A stretch of 64,000 nucleotides of DNA from Anaerolineales bacterium (lineage in GTDB: Bacteria > Chloroflexota > Anaerolineae > Anaerolineales > RBG-16-64-43), in assembly GCA_049516595.1 (NCBI GenBank), contig JBEKSY010000011.1, positions 25,063 through 89,062 on the forward strand, read 5' to 3'. The position numbers and the translations under genes were made by a program. The notes below the pieces were generated by a model, which was not told the DNA's origin, did not search any database, and worked only from the letters and a program-made list of their open reading frames with translations. Shown in pieces: positions 61,700-64,000 of this stretch. Position 1 is the stretch's first letter; every line of letters starts with the position of its first letter.

Positions 61700-62410
61700 G
61701 AGGTGGCCGAAAACCCCGTCTGAGCCTGATCAGGGAATTCCTGACTCGTACTGGGCGCCGGTAGTCGTGCTGTAATCTGTGGAGGACCGGAAAGGCGATG
61801 ATTCTCCCTTGCTGTGGTCCCGCTCGCTGGGATTCGATCCTCCCTGGAATTCTCTGCCCAATCCTCTGATAGGGCCGGGCACGCTTGAAGTAGTCGACGT
61901 ATTCCTGGACTAGGCGATGCCAATGTCTTTCTGCGACGATTAGCAGGGGATCGAGGCCTTCTCTCCGCACACTGTCCAGGAACCGTTCGCAGCCCCAATT
62001 GGCCTTCGGGGCGGGATAGGGCATCTTCAGGACTTCGCTGGAGCTTGCCTTGGCGACTCGTGCGAAATCGTCGCCGTCCTTGCTGTCCCGATTGCGAATG
62101 AGAAAACGCGGCGCTTGGCCAAAGGGCGTAGCTTGGCGAAGTTGCCGTGCCCCCCAGGCGTCGGTTGGGTGGGAGGTGAACCCAAACTGAACGACCCGCG
62201 GTGAGGCGAGTTCGATGATGAAGAATGCGTAGATCTGCCGGAAGAACAGGTCGATGACTGGAAGGAAGTCGTAGGCCCACACCAGTTGGGCGTGATTCCT
62301 GACGAAAGTTGACCCATTCTGACCTGGGGCGGGTAGGGGGCGTGCCAGACGGATGTACTTCTGGATCGTCGCCCCCTGGCCCCCGGCCTGCCGATCCGGG
62401 GCAGGCTGCA
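61700..62410 (-). mobile_element. Decayed IS copy B: 3' ~700 bp of the same rve transposase, 5'-truncated
   Basis: ORF 61623..62516 reads …TIQKYIRLARP…FLPVIDLFFRQIYAFFIIELASPRVV…HPTDAWGARQLRQA…RNRDSKDG…LIVAERHWHRLVQEYVDYFKRARP, collinear with copy A. Nucleotide similarity runs from about 61706 to about 62405. Confidence 0.7.
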
Positions 62411-62424
62411 AACCAGTCGGTTCG

Positions 62425-62919
62425 GGCAAAGCGGCCCTCAGGTACTTGGCCCCGTACATCTTCCGTGTCGCCCTCAGCAATCGCCTCTTGATGAAGCTCG
62501 AAAACCACCGCGTCACATTCCCCTACACCGCTTCGCAAACGGGCCAGACCAAACTCTGCACGCACCCGCGCGGGGGGCACGTTGCCCGTCCATGAGTTCT
62601 TGCATCGCTTCCTACGACATGTCCTGCCCAAAGGGTTCGTCAAGGTCCGCTGCGTCAGTGGCGGACGCAACTACCGCTACTACAGGGTCTTCCCCGTGCC
62701 GGGGCTCTTCGGCAGCCCGGCTCACCGAGCACGGCTGGCCGCCCTGAGCCAGCAGCCGCGCAGCAGCGACTCAGTGCGACCGAGATGGAGCCGCCGGTTC
62801 AGGCTACCGGGCCCGCGCTCAACCATCTGGCTTTGGACGACACCGTCCGTTGCCCCATCTGTGGTTGTCCGATGCAGGTGCGCACCCTGCCTCCCATCCA
62901 GGCCGGTTGCCCACCTTGA
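62425..62919 (+). mobile_element. IS91-family (Y2/HUH) transposase C-terminal remnant, frameshifted
   Basis: …LRYLAPYIFRVALSNRLLMKLENHRVTFPY… then, in another frame, EFLHRFLRHVLPKGFVKVR…, then RCPICGCPMQV…. This matches the IS91 C-terminal pattern (…RYL.RYTHRVAISN.RL…FRY…F..RFL.HVLPKGF.R.R.YG…CP.CG). Confidence 0.55.
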
Positions 62920-63316
62920 GCCTCACCACCGCTTGAGTCAGCCCCCGTTTCCGTCTCCCAAGCACCCAGCCGACTTCCTCACGGTGGCAGCTCCGTGTAC
63001 CCTTCCGCCGCCCAAACATCTCCAGCACTTCTCGCACATGCTGCTCGGCCAGCCTAGCCCGCCTCCCCCACCCGAGCTAGGCGCCGTGGTGATCCTTTCC
63101 TCCACCACGTCACTCCCAAGTCCAATCCGCCATCCCCGGCACCACCAGCCTTGCTCGCCCCGCCTACTTTCCTCAAGCCCCAAGCTACCCCAAACTTGTT
63201 TCGACCCGGTTTGGCCCGGCCGCCTCCCGGCTTAGTTCAACTCGGGATCATGTGGCGGCTTCGCCCCACATCAGTCCTTAACCGTTGGGCAGCAGGTGAA
63301 GCTCGTTTCCTTGGGC

Positions 63317-63345
63317 TTGCCATAGCATGGTAGCCGTGTTATCAT
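63317..63345 (+). promoter_or_regulatory. Candidate promoter of higBA-2
   Basis: TTGCCA (63317..63322), a 17-nt spacer, then TATCAT (63340..63345). Confidence 0.45.
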
Positions 63346-63351
63346 GTTGCT

Positions 63352-63651
63352 CTGATCCAGAGCTTCCATAAGCGGGCCACCGAAGACGTCTTCAACGGTG
63401 TGAATTCAGCCGCCGCGCGAAGACAGTGCCCGCAGGGGCTCTGGGCACTCGCCCGAAGGAAGCTTGACCAGCTCGACTCTGCTCAGGAGCTCAAAGATCT
63501 GGGTGTCCCGCCGGGCAACCGACTAGAGCCCCTGCGTGGGGATCGGACAGGGCAACATAGCATCCGGATCAACGAACAGTATCGGATCTGTTTCGTCTGG
63601 ACACGGCAAGGGCCTGGAGAGGTCGAGATCGTCGACTACCACATGGCGTAG
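63352..63651 (+). CDS. higB: HigB toxin (RelE/ParE superfamily)
   Basis: …PPGNRLEPLRGDRTGQHSIRINEQYRICFVW…EIVDYH. The conserved N-terminus (L)IQSFHKRATEDVFNG is in frame from 63352 but has no ATG/GTG/TTG. The ORF track starts at GTG 63400. Confidence 0.75.
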   Translation: MIQSFHKRATEDVFNGVNSAAARRQCPQGLWALARRKLDQLDSAQELKDLGVPPGNRLEPLRGDRTGQHSIRINEQYRICFVWTRQGPGEVEIVDYHMA

Positions 63652-63675
63652 GGTGCGAAGATTGGGGAGGTACAT

Positions 63676-63996
63676 ATGGTGCGCGTTCCCACACACAGAG
63701 AGCCCACCCATCCCGGTGAGATGCTGCTTGAGGAGTTCCTCAAGCCGATGGAGGTCAGCCAGCGAGAACTGGCAGACGCTCTCCACATGCCTTACCAGCG
63801 CGTCAATGAGATTGTGAACGCGCGGCGGGGAATCACTCCTGCGACGGCCTTGAGGTTGGCGAAGTACTTTGGGACCACTGAGGGCTACTGGATGAACCTC
63901 CAGCAGCGGTGGGATCTATACCGAGCGCGGCGGACGGAGGCCAGCGTTCTCAGGGACATTCGGCCACATCAGCACACGACTCCATCCCCGGGCTGA
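63676..63996 (+). CDS. higA: HigA antitoxin (XRE HTH)
   Basis: HPGEMLLEEFLKPMEVSQRELADALHMPYQRVNEIVNARRGITPATALRLAKYFGTTEGYWMNLQ. Confidence 0.9.
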   Translation: MVRVPTHREPTHPGEMLLEEFLKPMEVSQRELADALHMPYQRVNEIVNARRGITPATALRLAKYFGTTEGYWMNLQQRWDLYRARRTEASVLRDIRPHQHTTPSPG

Positions 63997-64000
63997 GGTG

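Overview
GC-rich bacterial chromosomal segment, densely coded. I saw no rRNA, tRNA or CRISPR array. All calls rest on reading motifs in the supplied translations and DNA by eye; no searches were run.

Layout, left to right:
- **128-12422 (minus strand):** envelope-glycan locus with two P-loop sulfotransferases, an MsbA-like ABC exporter, an internally duplicated double-GT2 enzyme, a GT2 and a GT4. It also holds a decayed sat/cysC paralog, an rmlC-'rmlD deletion fusion and an intact bifunctional ATP-sulfurylase/APS-kinase (PAPS synthase).
- **13.2-17.7 kb:** a polytopic GT-C-like membrane protein and a TPR lytic transglycosylase.
- **18.3-28.9 kb:** a stand-alone A-T-TE NRPS-like enzyme whose A domain lacks the Asp235 amino-group anchor. 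It is followed by a broken Sfp-type PPTase, mtnA, an adenosine-kinase-like gene, ahcY and two MFS transporters.
- **29.0-32.3 kb:** a lower-GC element of about 3.3 kb bounded by inverted repeats. It carries an IS1-family transposase plus a HigB-like toxin and a HigA-ImmA/IrrE fusion.
- **32.4-41.9 kb:** housekeeping genes (LmbE-like deacetylase, UDG, C45 peptidase, FTR1 permease, PolX, PHP protein), a third orphan sulfotransferase, and an ~870 bp ORF-poor, stem-loop-rich gap at 36.4-37.2 kb.
- **42.4-47.5 kb:** a caa3-type cytochrome oxidase operon with two subunit-III paralogs, one of them split.
- **47.9-57.2 kb:** UbiB-like kinase, uvrB, a CBS/ACT protein, moaA and a SIMPL lipoprotein.
- **57.2-64.0 kb:** an IS-debris and toxin-antitoxin island. 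It holds two decayed rve-transposase copies, an IS91 remnant, a frameshifted MqsR-like toxin with an intact ZnR-HTH-Panacea antitoxin, VapC/Phd and HigBA.

The most interesting items are the candidate sulfated-glycan pathway with its deletion scars, the non-amino-acid A-T-TE enzyme with its dead PPTase, the TA-carrying IS1-like element, the Panacea-domain antitoxin module, and the unexplained structured gap at 36.4-37.2 kb.
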